A stretch of 64,000 nucleotides of DNA from an uncultured Gammaproteobacteria bacterium (lineage in GTDB: Bacteria > Patescibacteriota > Patescibacteriia > Magasanikbacterales > GWA2-37-8), in contig CAZQUL010000001.1 in the NCBI GenBank assembly GCA_964596525.1, forward strand, positions 268,830 to 332,829, read 5' to 3'. Below the pieces are notes generated by a model that was not told where the DNA came from, did no database searches, and saw only the letters and a list, made by a program, of their open reading frames with translations. Positions within the stretch are counted from its first letter, which is position 1. Each line of letters opens with the position of its first letter. Below, piece by piece: positions 36,477 to 45,540 of the stretch. The translations under genes and the position numbers were made by a program.

Positions 36477-36479
36477 AGT

Positions 36480-37440
36480 TTTTAGCTTCTCATACCTGGA
36501 AAATTCCTACAAAAACAGTAAACCCCAGAAGTGCGCAGGCTTCTGGGGTTGGCATTTCGTGGTTCTGGGCACGGGCCCGTGTCCAGAGCAGACGAAATGA
36601 GGTAGTGCCGCATCATGCGGCAGGTAAACTTTGTCGTCACAAAGGGGGGGTGATGTAGCGACGTAGGACACATCGCCAGATCTCCCCGCCTTTGTGGCGG
36701 TGATCCAGGCCGTCACCACTGCCAAGGAGCGACCTCGGCGCTTATCGCTGAGCGAACTCTTGATAAGCTAAATTGAGGCTTCCAAAGCGGTAGTTTACGG
36801 CGGACTGGCCTTCTCTCAAAAAGAGCAATCACTGAAGCCTGGTAGCTTCTCATGCTCTTTTTTGCTGAGGGTTACAGTTCCCGGAGGGTTGCAGGATGAA
36901 AAACCAAAGATCGGCGGTCTGGCGGGTAATGGCCCGCCACACGAGGCGAGAATGTTCGTACGTAGAAGCACAGCGTGTCGACGTCCGGACGCATCTTTTC
37001 TCTTCGGGTTGCCTAAGAGGAAAAGAGTGAGTTGGTCCTGGACTATGAAAGAGCGGGACACGCGAGAAAAATCTCGTAGGTGCGGTTCTTGTGGTTTGGC
37101 AGTTCCCAAGAAAGCTTATGCCGGTCGTAACTCAGAGAGTTGACTGGGCACTTTCACCGCTCCGCTCGTGAGTGAGTCGAAGGGTAGCGCGAGGCTTAGA
37201 GGGAAATGCACCAAGAAGGTGACACCCAGGTGCGGGTACGAAGGTCTCGTTGCTGCATCTGTGGACTGGATGGCTTTGATGTACCACGCGAGTCAAAAGT
37301 ACGAGCGCGACACGTGATCAGCGTGGGCGCATGATTCTGGAAACGACGCGTTTCGCAGAAAAACCGCAGGTGGTAAAGCGTATCAAAGCGGCCATGTGTA
37401 CATCCTGGCCGGGAGAAGGTCAGCCTGTCATGTAAAGAAC
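36480..37440. other. GC-rich, highly structured non-coding segment (candidate large ncRNA or degenerate element) with no credible ORF
   Basis: Perfect hairpin ccccagaag-N8-cttctgggg at 36523-36548. Palindromes cacgggcccgtg and tgccgcatcatgcggca. Only short, compositionally random ORFs. Contains a tmRNA-5'-like string at 37325-37350. Confidence 0.4.
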
Positions 37441-37740
37441 TTTCACAAACAACCACATGTATAGTTTAAGATTGTCCACAGTCATTGTCAACAACAGTGT
37501 ATACATTATGTCTTCACCGGTGATTTTTTGACTAAAATTAGACGAGAAAGAAACCACGAAGGTGAATACCCAGGAAGGTTTATGCACATAGTGTGGATAA
37601 GTAAGTGCATAAGTTGTTGATGAGGTGGTGAAAAAGGAAAGAAAAGGTTCTCTTTGTATAGAGTAGTGTATAAATATGTGGATGAAATCGAATAACTTTT
37701 TATTGTATGGTTGTGGATTAATTACGGAAGGTATTGTGAG
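37441..37740. promoter_or_regulatory. AT-rich region with four DnaA-box-like motifs (alternative/extended oriC candidate)
   Basis: TTGTCCACA at 37480, TGTGGATAA at 37592 (perfect), TGTGGATGA at 37658 and TGTGGATTA at 37705, within about 65% AT sequence. Confidence 0.5.
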
Positions 37741-37806
37741 TCAGCTCGACGTTGCCGTGTAAATAAAAACAAAACAACGGACTCCCAAAATCCGTTGCTA
37801 TGTTTG

Positions 37807-37878
37807 AGGTACCGGCGGGAATTGCACCCGCGCATAAAGGTTTTGCAGACCTCTGCCTTACTACTTGGCTACGGTACC
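37807..37878 (-). tRNA. tRNA-Cys(GCA)-like gene with atypical D- and T-loops
   Basis: Minus-strand cloverleaf: acceptor GGTACCG/CGGTACC, anticodon stem GAGGU/ACCUU, loop CUGCAAA, T-stem GCGGG/CCCGC, discriminator U73 (the Cys identity element). The T-loop is UGCAAUU (G55) and the D-loop has no GG. Confidence 0.4.
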
Positions 37879-37964
37879 GATTGATGTTTCGAGCTATCGA
37901 ACCGAGCGTATCATGAAGCGCGTATGAAGACAAGAAGGTTATTGGAAGTTTTTAGCACATCTTC

Positions 37965-38073
37965 CGTCATTGCGAGGAGGCACCCGACGAAGCAACCCCT
38001 CCGTAATTTAGAACTTACTCTTCTATCAAGGGGATTGCTTCGTCGTTCGTCTAACTCACTCCTTGTAATGACG
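37965..38073 (+). repeat. ~105-bp palindromic repeat, copy C
   Basis: cgtcattgcgaggaggcacccgacgaagcaacccc...ggggattgcttcgtcgttcgtctaactcactccttgtaatgacgg. Confidence 0.75.
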
Positions 38074-38128
38074 GGGAAAGAGTGTAAATTTTAAAAACCC
38101 CGTGGTGGGGTTTTGGCGGAAAGACACG

Positions 38129-38902
38129 CTAGGGCTGTGTGGCGAGAAACTCCGCGGTCGTGCCGCGGAAGTGGCGGTAGCGGTTGCTCTGCTCGGCCAG
38201 ACTGGTAAGGAGCTCCTGAGCGGCGGTGTGTTCCTTGGTGAGCCAGGTTGGGCTCAAGAACAGCTTGAGGAGCGCGATGAACCGATCATAGGGCACGATC
38301 CGATGATTGCCCTCGATACGCAGGGCCATCGAGTCTTCCAAGGTTTTCGTAAAAAATTCACCGGAGCTGATGTCGGTGGCCTGGACCGGTCCAAGCTCGG
38401 CTGCCGGCAGGAGCGTTTCGATATCGTCCGCCGACCATGCTGGGAGGCTAAGCGAGCTCATACGAGCGGCAATAACTGGATGCGTAATGCCGAGCTCCCA
38501 CGAGCCTGTGTCGAAAAACAGGTGGATGTGGCCGATGTAGCGACCAGCGGGTGAGACATCGGCACGGGGCGTTGTCGGATTGAAGAGCTCGCGCAACGAC
38601 TTCGACCAGATGGCGGTGTCTCCAGTGTCTTCGTAACGCTCATGGAGCATTCCTTCGAAAGTGGCGAGAACGTCGGTAGCGGCAGGGCGGTTGCTCTTCC
38701 AGCGGATCTCCGAACATTCTTTCAATCCCTCGCAGAGATCTTGAGCTACGGTTCCGGGTGACGGCCAGATGGCGAGATTGGCCAGCACATCGCAGAGAGA
38801 AGGCCGGAAGACGCGGTGGCTGTCCCAGCTGGTAGCCAAGAATGTGGTGGTACCGTTGGCAGCTTCAACGCCAAAAAATCCGATGATAATGAACGGTCCC
38901 AT
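38129..38902 (-). CDS. hypothetical protein (257 aa)
   Basis: AGGAGG RBS. No recognisable domain. High GC. Confidence 0.55.
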   Translation of the reverse strand: MGPFIIIGFFGVEAANGTTTFLATSWDSHRVFRPSLCDVLANLAIWPSPGTVAQDLCEGLKECSEIRWKSNRPAATDVLATFEGMLHERYEDTGDTAIWSKSLRELFNPTTPRADVSPAGRYIGHIHLFFDTGSWELGITHPVIAARMSSLSLPAWSADDIETLLPAAELGPVQATDISSGEFFTKTLEDSMALRIEGNHRIVPYDRFIALLKLFLSPTWLTKEHTAAQELLTSLAEQSNRYRHFRGTTAEFLATQP

Positions 38903-38975
38903 GGGTGCCTCCTGTGCGTTGGGGAACGGCGTACTGTAGCATCACGTCGCTGCTCTGTCAATCGTTATTGTTCAT

Positions 38976-40055
38976 TTAAGCGTTGACGTGGAAGTACACC
39001 ACGTCGCCGTCCTGAACGACGTAATCTTTACCCTCGAGGCGGAGTTTGCCGCTTTCGCGCGCTTTGCTCCAGCCGCCCATCGCGACGAAATCGGCCCAGT
39101 TCATGACGTCGGCTTTGATGAACCCTTTGACGAAATCGGTATGGATGACACCGGCTGCATCCGGGGCTTTGGTGCCGCGTTCCACGGTCCAGGCGCGAGT
39201 TTCTTTTTCGCCGGAGGTAAAATACGTGATGAGGTTAAGGAGTTCGTATCCGGCCTTGATGAGTTTGTCGAGGCCGGTTTCCGCGATGCCGAGGTCTTTG
39301 AGGTACCCGGCAGCTTCGTCGGGCGTTAAATCAGCGAGTTCAGCTTCAAGGCGGGCGGAAATGACGATTTGCGGCGTACCGGCTTCGATCGTCGGTACGA
39401 TGAGTTCGGCGGTCGGTTTTTCGTCCACGTTAACCACGTAGAGCATGGGTTTCATGGTGAGGAGTTGGAGTGGTTTAACAACTTCAAGTTCTTCGGCAGT
39501 GAACTCGAGGGTGCGTGCTGGAAGCGTTTGTTCGAGGTGTTTAAAGATTTTTTCGAGGACCGCGATTTCAACAACGAAATCCTTGGCGGCTGCGCCTTTG
39601 GCGGATTTTTTGGCGTTATCGAGGCGTTTTTGGACGGTTTGGAGATCTGCAAGGCACAGTTCAGTGTTGATGATAACGGCATCTTCGCGCGGGTCGACGC
39701 GGTTGTGGACGTGAGTGACGTTGGAATCGGAAAAATGGCGGACCACGTGAGCGATGGCTGCAACTTCACGGATGTGCGCGAGGAATTTGTTGCCGAGCCC
39801 CTCGCCAAGCGATGCGCCTTTCACTAGGCCGGCAATGTCCACGAATTCGATGGCGGTTGGGATGGTTTTTTCGGATTTTGATGTGGTGGTCAGTTTGGCC
39901 AAGCGTTCATCCGGAACTTCAACCACACCGACGTTGGGGTCGATGGTGCAGAAGGGGTAGTTTTGGGCATTGGCTTGTTTGCTGCGGGTTAAAGCGTTGA
40001 AGAGGGTGGATTTGCCGACATTCGGAAGGCCGACGATGCCGATAGAGAGAGACAT
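38976..40055 (-). CDS. ychF: ribosome-binding ATPase YchF (Obg-family P-loop NTPase)
   Basis: [18 protein letters not shown], the DIAGLV switch region, and a C-terminal TGS domain. Confidence 0.9.
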   Translation of the reverse strand: MSLSIGIVGLPNVGKSTLFNALTRSKQANAQNYPFCTIDPNVGVVEVPDERLAKLTTTSKSEKTIPTAIEFVDIAGLVKGASLGEGLGNKFLAHIREVAAIAHVVRHFSDSNVTHVHNRVDPREDAVIINTELCLADLQTVQKRLDNAKKSAKGAAAKDFVVEIAVLEKIFKHLEQTLPARTLEFTAEELEVVKPLQLLTMKPMLYVVNVDEKPTAELIVPTIEAGTPQIVISARLEAELADLTPDEAAGYLKDLGIAETGLDKLIKAGYELLNLITYFTSGEKETRAWTVERGTKAPDAAGVIHTDFVKGFIKADVMNWADFVAMGGWSKARESGKLRLEGKDYVVQDGDVVYFHVNA

Positions 40056-40266
40056 ACAGGTACGAAGTGATGATAAAAGGTGGTTTTGAGGACTTTTCTG
40101 ATTATACGAGTCGTAGATTAGCTAAAAAGCGATGTTTTGGCAACTACTATTTGAATATGAGGGTGGAAAGATGATTATCCCGTCGTATTATTGACATAAT
40201 CAGTAAAATCATATCTACTAGCTGCTGATAGTGGGTTCCTTTGAGAAAAATAAGGAGGAAGCGACC

Positions 40267-40821
40267 ATGGTTCGAAGAGTGTGTGCTGGCCTGGCCCTAG
40301 TGGTAGTGGCCGGGTGTGCCGGAGGTATGAAACAGGACGTGGTGTTTTGGAATAACTATACGCCAAGTCCCGAGGCGCAAGAGTATGGCCGTAGGGTGAC
40401 TATTTCGCGCGCGCTCGACGATATGAGGGATGCCACGAGCTTTGATTGCCGTTTGTTCCAGGACATCTGGGAGAAGTGGTTTGTCCGTCTGGTGGCGAGT
40501 CCCGCGCACCCGCATGACACTTTTGTTAAGGTAGGGTGTGAAGCGTACGGAGGGTCGGAAGAAGAAGCACCCCTCCGTCAGCCAGACAGCTTGGCGCCGG
40601 AAGAGGCCTATGAAATCATTGACACGGCATATCCCAGCTCGCGTTATGCGAAAAATTGCGGCGGTCGGCGCATTTTGCTCACCGTTAACGACGGTCCGAC
40701 GCGATTATACGCTCTTGAGCTGCCGCAGGCGCGTTCGCTGCATCAAGTATGGATTCCCGCCAACAAGCCCTGGGTACGCGTCACTCTCTCCTGTAGCCGC
40801 CCGGTTAAAGAGGTGGAATAA
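40267..40821 (+). CDS. lipoprotein, function unknown
   Basis: AAGGAGG RBS. MVRRVCAGLALVVVAGCAGG lipobox. Confidence 0.6.
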   Translation: MVRRVCAGLALVVVAGCAGGMKQDVVFWNNYTPSPEAQEYGRRVTISRALDDMRDATSFDCRLFQDIWEKWFVRLVASPAHPHDTFVKVGCEAYGGSEEEAPLRQPDSLAPEEAYEIIDTAYPSSRYAKNCGGRRILLTVNDGPTRLYALELPQARSLHQVWIPANKPWVRVTLSCSRPVKEVE

Positions 40822-40936
40822 GAAGAGGTTCATTGGTTTGCAAAAGGAGGAAGAGGAGCCTAACCGCTCCTTTTTCGTTTTGAAAGGCCGTGATAAGGTA
40901 TCAGTGTTTTCACCTTCGTCTTCTGTTTTATCTCGT

Positions 40937-42325
40937 ATGTCCCCTACTTCACTCGTGCGCTGGCCGCTCTTGTTGTGGCTCCGCCATCAGGCGCGTAGTT
41001 CGCTCAAACATCATCGTCCCCTTATCATCGGCGTCGCGGGTGCAGTCGGCAAATCATCGACAGTGCAGGCTATTTTTGCGGCGCTCCAAGGCAGCCGGCG
41101 CGTGCGGTTTACGCCTGGCAATTCCGAAACCGGCGTGCCGCTCGGGATTTTGAATATCAAACAGCCAGGGTATACGGTGGGCGGCTGGATAAGCGTTTTT
41201 TTTAAAAGTTTATTTCCGTCACCGGAACTCAAAGATTTGGAAGTGCTTATCGTGGAGATGGGTACTGATGAACTGACTGCGCCCAAAAACATGGAGTATT
41301 TGCTCACGATCGTTAAACCTGACGTGAGTGTGTGGCTCAATGTCTACGCCACCCATCTTTCACAATTCGGTAAAGGATTGACGCGTGAAGAGCAGAACCT
41401 TCCCGAAGAAGAAAAGGCGGCGCTAATCGTCAAAAAAATCGCAGCGGAAGACGGGAAAATTATTACCGAAAGCGGGTGCCGTATCGGCATCGTGTGTGCG
41501 GATAATGCGCCGCTTGTTGCAGAGCTTGAGCGACATGAAGAAGAGCTTAAAGAAAAGCTTATTGTGCGTTTTGGTACCGCGATCGCGAATGATGTTGTGT
41601 ATGAGCGTCATGCCATTAGTTTGTCCGGTACGTCATTTGTTTATCGTATCGATAATCAAGAAATCATCATAACGCTGCCGGGATTCGTCGTGCCTGTAGA
41701 GTATCGCGAAGTCTTTGCAGCGGCGCTCGTAGCCGCACGCGCGGCGGGCGTGCCGATCGCGACGGCGGCCAAAAACATCATGAATAATTTCGTCTTGCCG
41801 CCGGGACGCTCGTCGCTTCTTTTTGGTATCAACGGCTCTACGATCATTGATTCAAGCTATAATGCTTCGCCCGAAGCGATGGTGAGTTTTTTGACTTTGT
41901 TCAAAACGTTAGCCGAAGCAATGCAGCCGCCACGGGTGATACTTCTGGGCGATATGCGCGAACTCGGTGAGCATGCGGCGCGCGAACATGCTTCTTTGGC
42001 TGATCGGCTCCCTGGTGCGTTTGATTATGTGTACTGCGTGGGCGAGTTGAGTAAACGCTACGTGGTGGAGCATCTGGCGGCTGCGGGTAAAAGCACAATG
42101 TTTAAAGACATCCGCTGGTTTGAAGATGCGCGAGAGCTTGGCGCTTTTTTGAAGGTGCATTTACCTGAGCATGCGCTCGTTCTCGTAAAAGGATCACAGA
42201 ATACTATTTTTCTCGAAGAGGCGGTGGCAGCTATTCTGCGCGATCCGCTTGACCGCGCCAAGCTCTGCCGACAGGAAACGTATTGGAAAAAAATGAAAGA
42301 GGAGTTTTTTCGTAAAATCAGTTAA
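40937..42325 (+). CDS. murF: Mur-ligase family enzyme, MurF-like (UDP-MurNAc-tripeptide--D-Ala-D-Ala ligase) with short N-terminal domain
   Basis: P-loop GVAGAVGKSST. DSSYNASPEAM (DxSYNANP) and LGDMRELGEHA (MurF hallmark GDMxELG). The ORF 40538..42325 extends upstream in-frame but overlaps the lipoprotein gene, so the start is set at MSPTS. Confidence 0.65.
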   Translation: MSPTSLVRWPLLLWLRHQARSSLKHHRPLIIGVAGAVGKSSTVQAIFAALQGSRRVRFTPGNSETGVPLGILNIKQPGYTVGGWISVFFKSLFPSPELKDLEVLIVEMGTDELTAPKNMEYLLTIVKPDVSVWLNVYATHLSQFGKGLTREEQNLPEEEKAALIVKKIAAEDGKIITESGCRIGIVCADNAPLVAELERHEEELKEKLIVRFGTAIANDVVYERHAISLSGTSFVYRIDNQEIIITLPGFVVPVEYREVFAAALVAARAAGVPIATAAKNIMNNFVLPPGRSSLLFGINGSTIIDSSYNASPEAMVSFLTLFKTLAEAMQPPRVILLGDMRELGEHAAREHASLADRLPGAFDYVYCVGELSKRYVVEHLAAAGKSTMFKDIRWFEDARELGAFLKVHLPEHALVLVKGSQNTIFLEEAVAAILRDPLDRAKLCRQETYWKKMKEEFFRKIS

Positions 42326-42396
42326 GAACTTGATAATTGACCGTGCCTACAAAGCGTGTTACAAAAATTTTGGCTCTGTAAGCCTAAGGAGTGACC

Positions 42397-43017
42397 ATGA
42401 AAACAGGTCTTTTGTGCACGAGTGTTTTGGTAGTGGTTGTGGCGTGCAGCGAATCTGGCACGAGTGCCGACATGGCGACGTGCCCAGCGTCTCCTCCGGT
42501 GTCGATTGATGCTGGTGCGGCTCCTTCTCCCAAGGACATGGTATACGTTGACTGTACAGCCGACTGGGGGGTTGGAGGCTACAGCCTTCTTAATGTACCG
42601 AAAGATTTGAAGTCCGGTTTTCACCCCGACGCGGCGCGTTGTGCCGATTGGTTTTGTTTGCCGGAGGATGGTGAATGGAAGGAGCGCCCGTTGTGCAAGA
42701 TCATCCATGGCGCAAAAGGCCGGCAGTATGTGGCTGTGATGGCTGGTGAGGGCCGGGCTGCGCCACCTCTCAAAAAGTTTCGGATGTGGCTCGACAACGG
42801 AAACGCGGTTGACCTGACAGGACAGTGGAATCTCTGGTACACGTTTACGCGCGATGTCCCTGCTGACCCGGACACGCCGCAGCCGGTTTTTGTGAGTACG
42901 GAATCCGGAGTCCCTACCTACTTCCGCTGGAAGCGCCTGCATGTCGACTTTGCGACGCGTCAGATTGTTGTGGGGGACTGTCCGGGCGTCCCCGGGGAAT
43001 GCCAGCTTTGGGATTAG
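42397..43017 (+). CDS. lipoprotein, function unknown
   Basis: AAGGAG RBS. MKTGLLCTSVLVVVVACSES lipobox. The antisense ORF 42322..43050 is rejected. Confidence 0.6.
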   Translation: MKTGLLCTSVLVVVVACSESGTSADMATCPASPPVSIDAGAAPSPKDMVYVDCTADWGVGGYSLLNVPKDLKSGFHPDAARCADWFCLPEDGEWKERPLCKIIHGAKGRQYVAVMAGEGRAAPPLKKFRMWLDNGNAVDLTGQWNLWYTFTRDVPADPDTPQPVFVSTESGVPTYFRWKRLHVDFATRQIVVGDCPGVPGECQLWD

Positions 43018-43095
43018 CGATTTGTTGATGTCGGCAACGGTCACCCCCACTCCACCAAGAAGCGTTCAAGGCGCTTCTTTGTTTTTATCGGTATC

Positions 43096-43124
43096 TTGAC
43101 AAAATTGCTAAAATAAACTAATTT
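43096..43124 (+). promoter_or_regulatory. sigma70-type promoter (TTGACA-17-TAATTT)
   Basis: Upstream of the third TSP3-lipoprotein paralog. Confidence 0.45.
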
Positions 43125-43192
43125 ATTCGCGTCGTCTAGTTGTGTAGGACGATGGTATTTTGAGGGCCCATGGGGCTACAAAGGAGGCGCGA

Positions 43193-44119
43193 ATGATGAT
43201 TACTCGGATGATGTTGGCTGCTTTCGTTGTTTTTTACCTGTTTCTTTCGGGCTGCGGAGTAAGCACCATCTGTCACGAAGGCAAGGCAACCGAAGGGTTT
43301 GGCCGCAAGTATGAAGACCGGCTAACCCAGGGCATCAGCCAGTGCGCCACGACTGGCGGTTGGGTAGCCTACGACACGTGCTGCCCTGATGGCGAGAAGG
43401 ACGCGCAGATTGCGTGCCTGGAGCAGAAGCGGCAAGAGGGAAATGAGTATGTCCTGCGCATCGAGCTGGGGCAGACCATCCTGCCATTCTGCGAGTTCAT
43501 GGGAACCGCGGCCGGGAAGGCCTATGTCAAGACCATCGACGTCATCACCGGCATCAAGACCGACACGCCCATCGTCATCCCGACGCCAAACGACCGCGAC
43601 ATGGACAGTGTCGTCGATGCCGACGACCTGTGCCCGGACGAGGCGCAGGGCGCGATGCCCGACCCCAACAGGAAGGGCTGCCCGACTCCGACCACCCCCG
43701 CCGTCCGCTGCAGCGCCCTCGTCCGCGACATGGCAGATCCCACCACGGTCTGTGTCCAGGACCCCTCCACCTCCAGCACGATCCGCACCTACACCTGGGA
43801 CCAGGGAATCTTTGACCAGCCCGAGACGGGCATCATGGTGAAGAAGGGCACTGGCCGTGTCTTCAGCGGCATCCTCGTTCTCGACAACGGCGGTTCGTTC
43901 TGGACAGGCACCTTTGAGCTCTGTACCGTCCATAACGTCTGCACCGCCATCACCGGCAAGGACAAGACCGGCTACGCCGTGGGCCGACCGGGTGACTACT
44001 ACACCTCCGTCAAGGTCGGCTCGAGCGCCCAGGTCCGCTTGGTCTACATCCAGCCTAACGGCACCCGCCAGAGCGACCCCTGCGCCTTGATGAATGGGGT
44101 CTGCACTCCGCCGCAGTAG
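43193..44119 (+). CDS. lipoprotein with TSP3-type calcium-binding repeat (paralog C)
   Basis: AAAGGAGG RBS. MMITRMMLAAFVVFYLFLSGCG. DRDMDSVVDADDLCPDEAQGAMPDPNRKGCP. Aligns over its whole length with paralogs A and B. Confidence 0.75.
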   Translation: MMITRMMLAAFVVFYLFLSGCGVSTICHEGKATEGFGRKYEDRLTQGISQCATTGGWVAYDTCCPDGEKDAQIACLEQKRQEGNEYVLRIELGQTILPFCEFMGTAAGKAYVKTIDVITGIKTDTPIVIPTPNDRDMDSVVDADDLCPDEAQGAMPDPNRKGCPTPTTPAVRCSALVRDMADPTTVCVQDPSTSSTIRTYTWDQGIFDQPETGIMVKKGTGRVFSGILVLDNGGSFWTGTFELCTVHNVCTAITGKDKTGYAVGRPGDYYTSVKVGSSAQVRLVYIQPNGTRQSDPCALMNGVCTPPQ

Positions 44120-44313
44120 TAGGGTGCGCTTGCTCGGGACCATTGTGTTTATGACCCGCAATCCTTTGGGAAGCGGGTTTTATGATACAGAATTTCGTGG
44201 GCGTGCCGGCTCTGGGATTAGCTGAGATAGAATAAAAATAGGTTTTTTACGGCGTCGTAGCGCCCTTTGCCAACGAAGCGCCTTCGCGCGCTTCTTTGTT
44301 GTACACACAGTCC

Positions 44314-44342
44314 TTGACAAAAACTGCTTTTTTAGCTAAGTT
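44314..44342 (+). promoter_or_regulatory. sigma70-type promoter (TTGACA-17-TAAGTT)
   Basis: Upstream of the 44377 lipoprotein gene. Confidence 0.45.
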
Positions 44343-44376
44343 AAGCTGCCCTCAGACGCGAGGGAAGGAGGAACCT

Positions 44377-44841
44377 ATGAAGAACCGAATGGTGATGATT
44401 GGTCTCTTTGCTCTGGGAATCGGCTGCCGCACGCCAGTTGCAACTTCGTCGGCAGTGATTAGTGCGCAGCCGCCGACTGCGAGCGCGCCAGCGTGCCCGA
44501 AGACGGAAGAGAACCCTGATGCGCAGCGGTGGCAGCTCGACTTCGCCCGCTTTGTCTGCGACAAGGACCGCTGCTGGAAGGATGCCCTTCACGACGATAT
44601 GTGGTATACCGTCTGTTCGCTCGACGAGGCGCGCGAGCTGATCCGGAGCGCCAAGCTCTGCGACCAGGCGCCGGATCGCCACATCTTCGTCGTCCTCGGT
44701 AACTACACCACGGTCGAGGAGGTGATCGCCGGCGTCTATCAGGTGCAGTCGAATCCGGTCCTGGCTCAGGCGGAGCCGCCCTATAACCGTGTGAAGCTCG
44801 TCTGCGGCACCCCACCCCCATTCTCGGCGATCACGCGCTAG
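44377..44841 (+). CDS. small lipoprotein (paralog 1 of a pair)
   Basis: GGAGGAACC RBS. MKNRMVMIGLFALGIGC lipobox. C-terminus ...VKLVCGTPPP. Confidence 0.6.
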   Translation: MKNRMVMIGLFALGIGCRTPVATSSAVISAQPPTASAPACPKTEENPDAQRWQLDFARFVCDKDRCWKDALHDDMWYTVCSLDEARELIRSAKLCDQAPDRHIFVVLGNYTTVEEVIAGVYQVQSNPVLAQAEPPYNRVKLVCGTPPPFSAITR

Positions 44842-44939
44842 CCTGATTCTTTCCCTTTTCCGCCCCTGAAAGTTTATATGAAGCGCCACAAGCGCTTCTT
44901 TCAATTATTCCGTAGTTTCTTTATGTTCTCAAGATAATC

Positions 44940-44968
44940 TTGACAACTGATGAAAGTTTTGCTATAGT
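44940..44968 (+). promoter_or_regulatory. sigma70-type promoter (TTGACA-17-TATAGT)
   Basis: Upstream of the 45096 lipoprotein gene. Confidence 0.5.
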
Positions 44969-45095
44969 ATATCGTTATCGTCGTTAGTTAAAATCTTATC
45001 TTTTGGCTAAGGTAAGCAGATGTAAGCTCTTAGTGAGATCTTGCATTTGGATGCCTTGAACCACGCACAAAGGCCGTATGGCCGGAGGAGACACT

Positions 45096-45503
45096 ATGAA
45101 GATCGGACAGGTTTTCTGCCTTGCGCTCGTTTTGGGGAGTGGCTGCGCGACGACCAGCCAGCGCCCGCTGACCGCCAAGCCCGCGACGCGGTGCGCGGTG
45201 ACGCCGGACAACCCTAAGGGTGAGGTGAAGAAGCGGTACTACACTGAGTACCTCTGCTCCCGGCCCGGCACCTTCAGCGCGGCGTGCGAGCTAGTAGGAA
45301 CAACGCGGACTCAGGTATGCACGGAGACTGCCTCCGACAACCTGATGTTCGACCAGCTCTGTCGCTCGGGTGCCGGCCTGGCCGCCAACACCGTAGTGGT
45401 CACCGGCTACCGTACCACCTTCGAGCAGATGCTCGAATCGGATTTCGCCGACGTGAAGTTCGTCTGCGGCGAGACTCTGTTCCGCGAGATCATTTCCCGC
45501 TAA
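45096..45503 (+). CDS. small lipoprotein (paralog 2 of a pair)
   Basis: GGAGGAG RBS. MKIGQVFCLALVLGSGC lipobox. ...VKFVCGETLF at the C-terminus resembles the end of the 44377 protein. Confidence 0.6.
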   Translation: MKIGQVFCLALVLGSGCATTSQRPLTAKPATRCAVTPDNPKGEVKKRYYTEYLCSRPGTFSAACELVGTTRTQVCTETASDNLMFDQLCRSGAGLAANTVVVTGYRTTFEQMLESDFADVKFVCGETLFREIISR

Positions 45504-45540
45504 GCCCAATCTTCCACCCCGACCGAGATGACGGGTCAAC

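Noticed and set aside
37325-37350. tmRNA (ssrA) 5'-end-like string GGGCGCATGATTCTGGAAACGACGCG
   Set aside because: No T-arm, complementary 3' acceptor strand, or tag-peptide frame ending in ALAA-stop could be found downstream or upstream (permuted case). It is kept only as a hint inside the structured-region finding and needs Infernal.
36531-37440. Possible ORF-less group II intron (GUGCG at 36531), RNase P RNA or SRP RNA
   Set aside because: No domain V-like 34-nt hairpin. No GGAAAGUCCGG (P4) or ACAGAACCCGGCUUA for RNase P. No SRP domain-IV motif. The segment remains unassigned.
40538-40936. In-frame upstream extension of the murF-like ORF (595 aa version)
   Set aside because: It overlaps the well-supported lipoprotein gene 40267..40821 in another frame, and the extension is Arg/Lys-rich nonsense. 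The start was set at MSPTS, after which the Mur-ligase P-loop begins.
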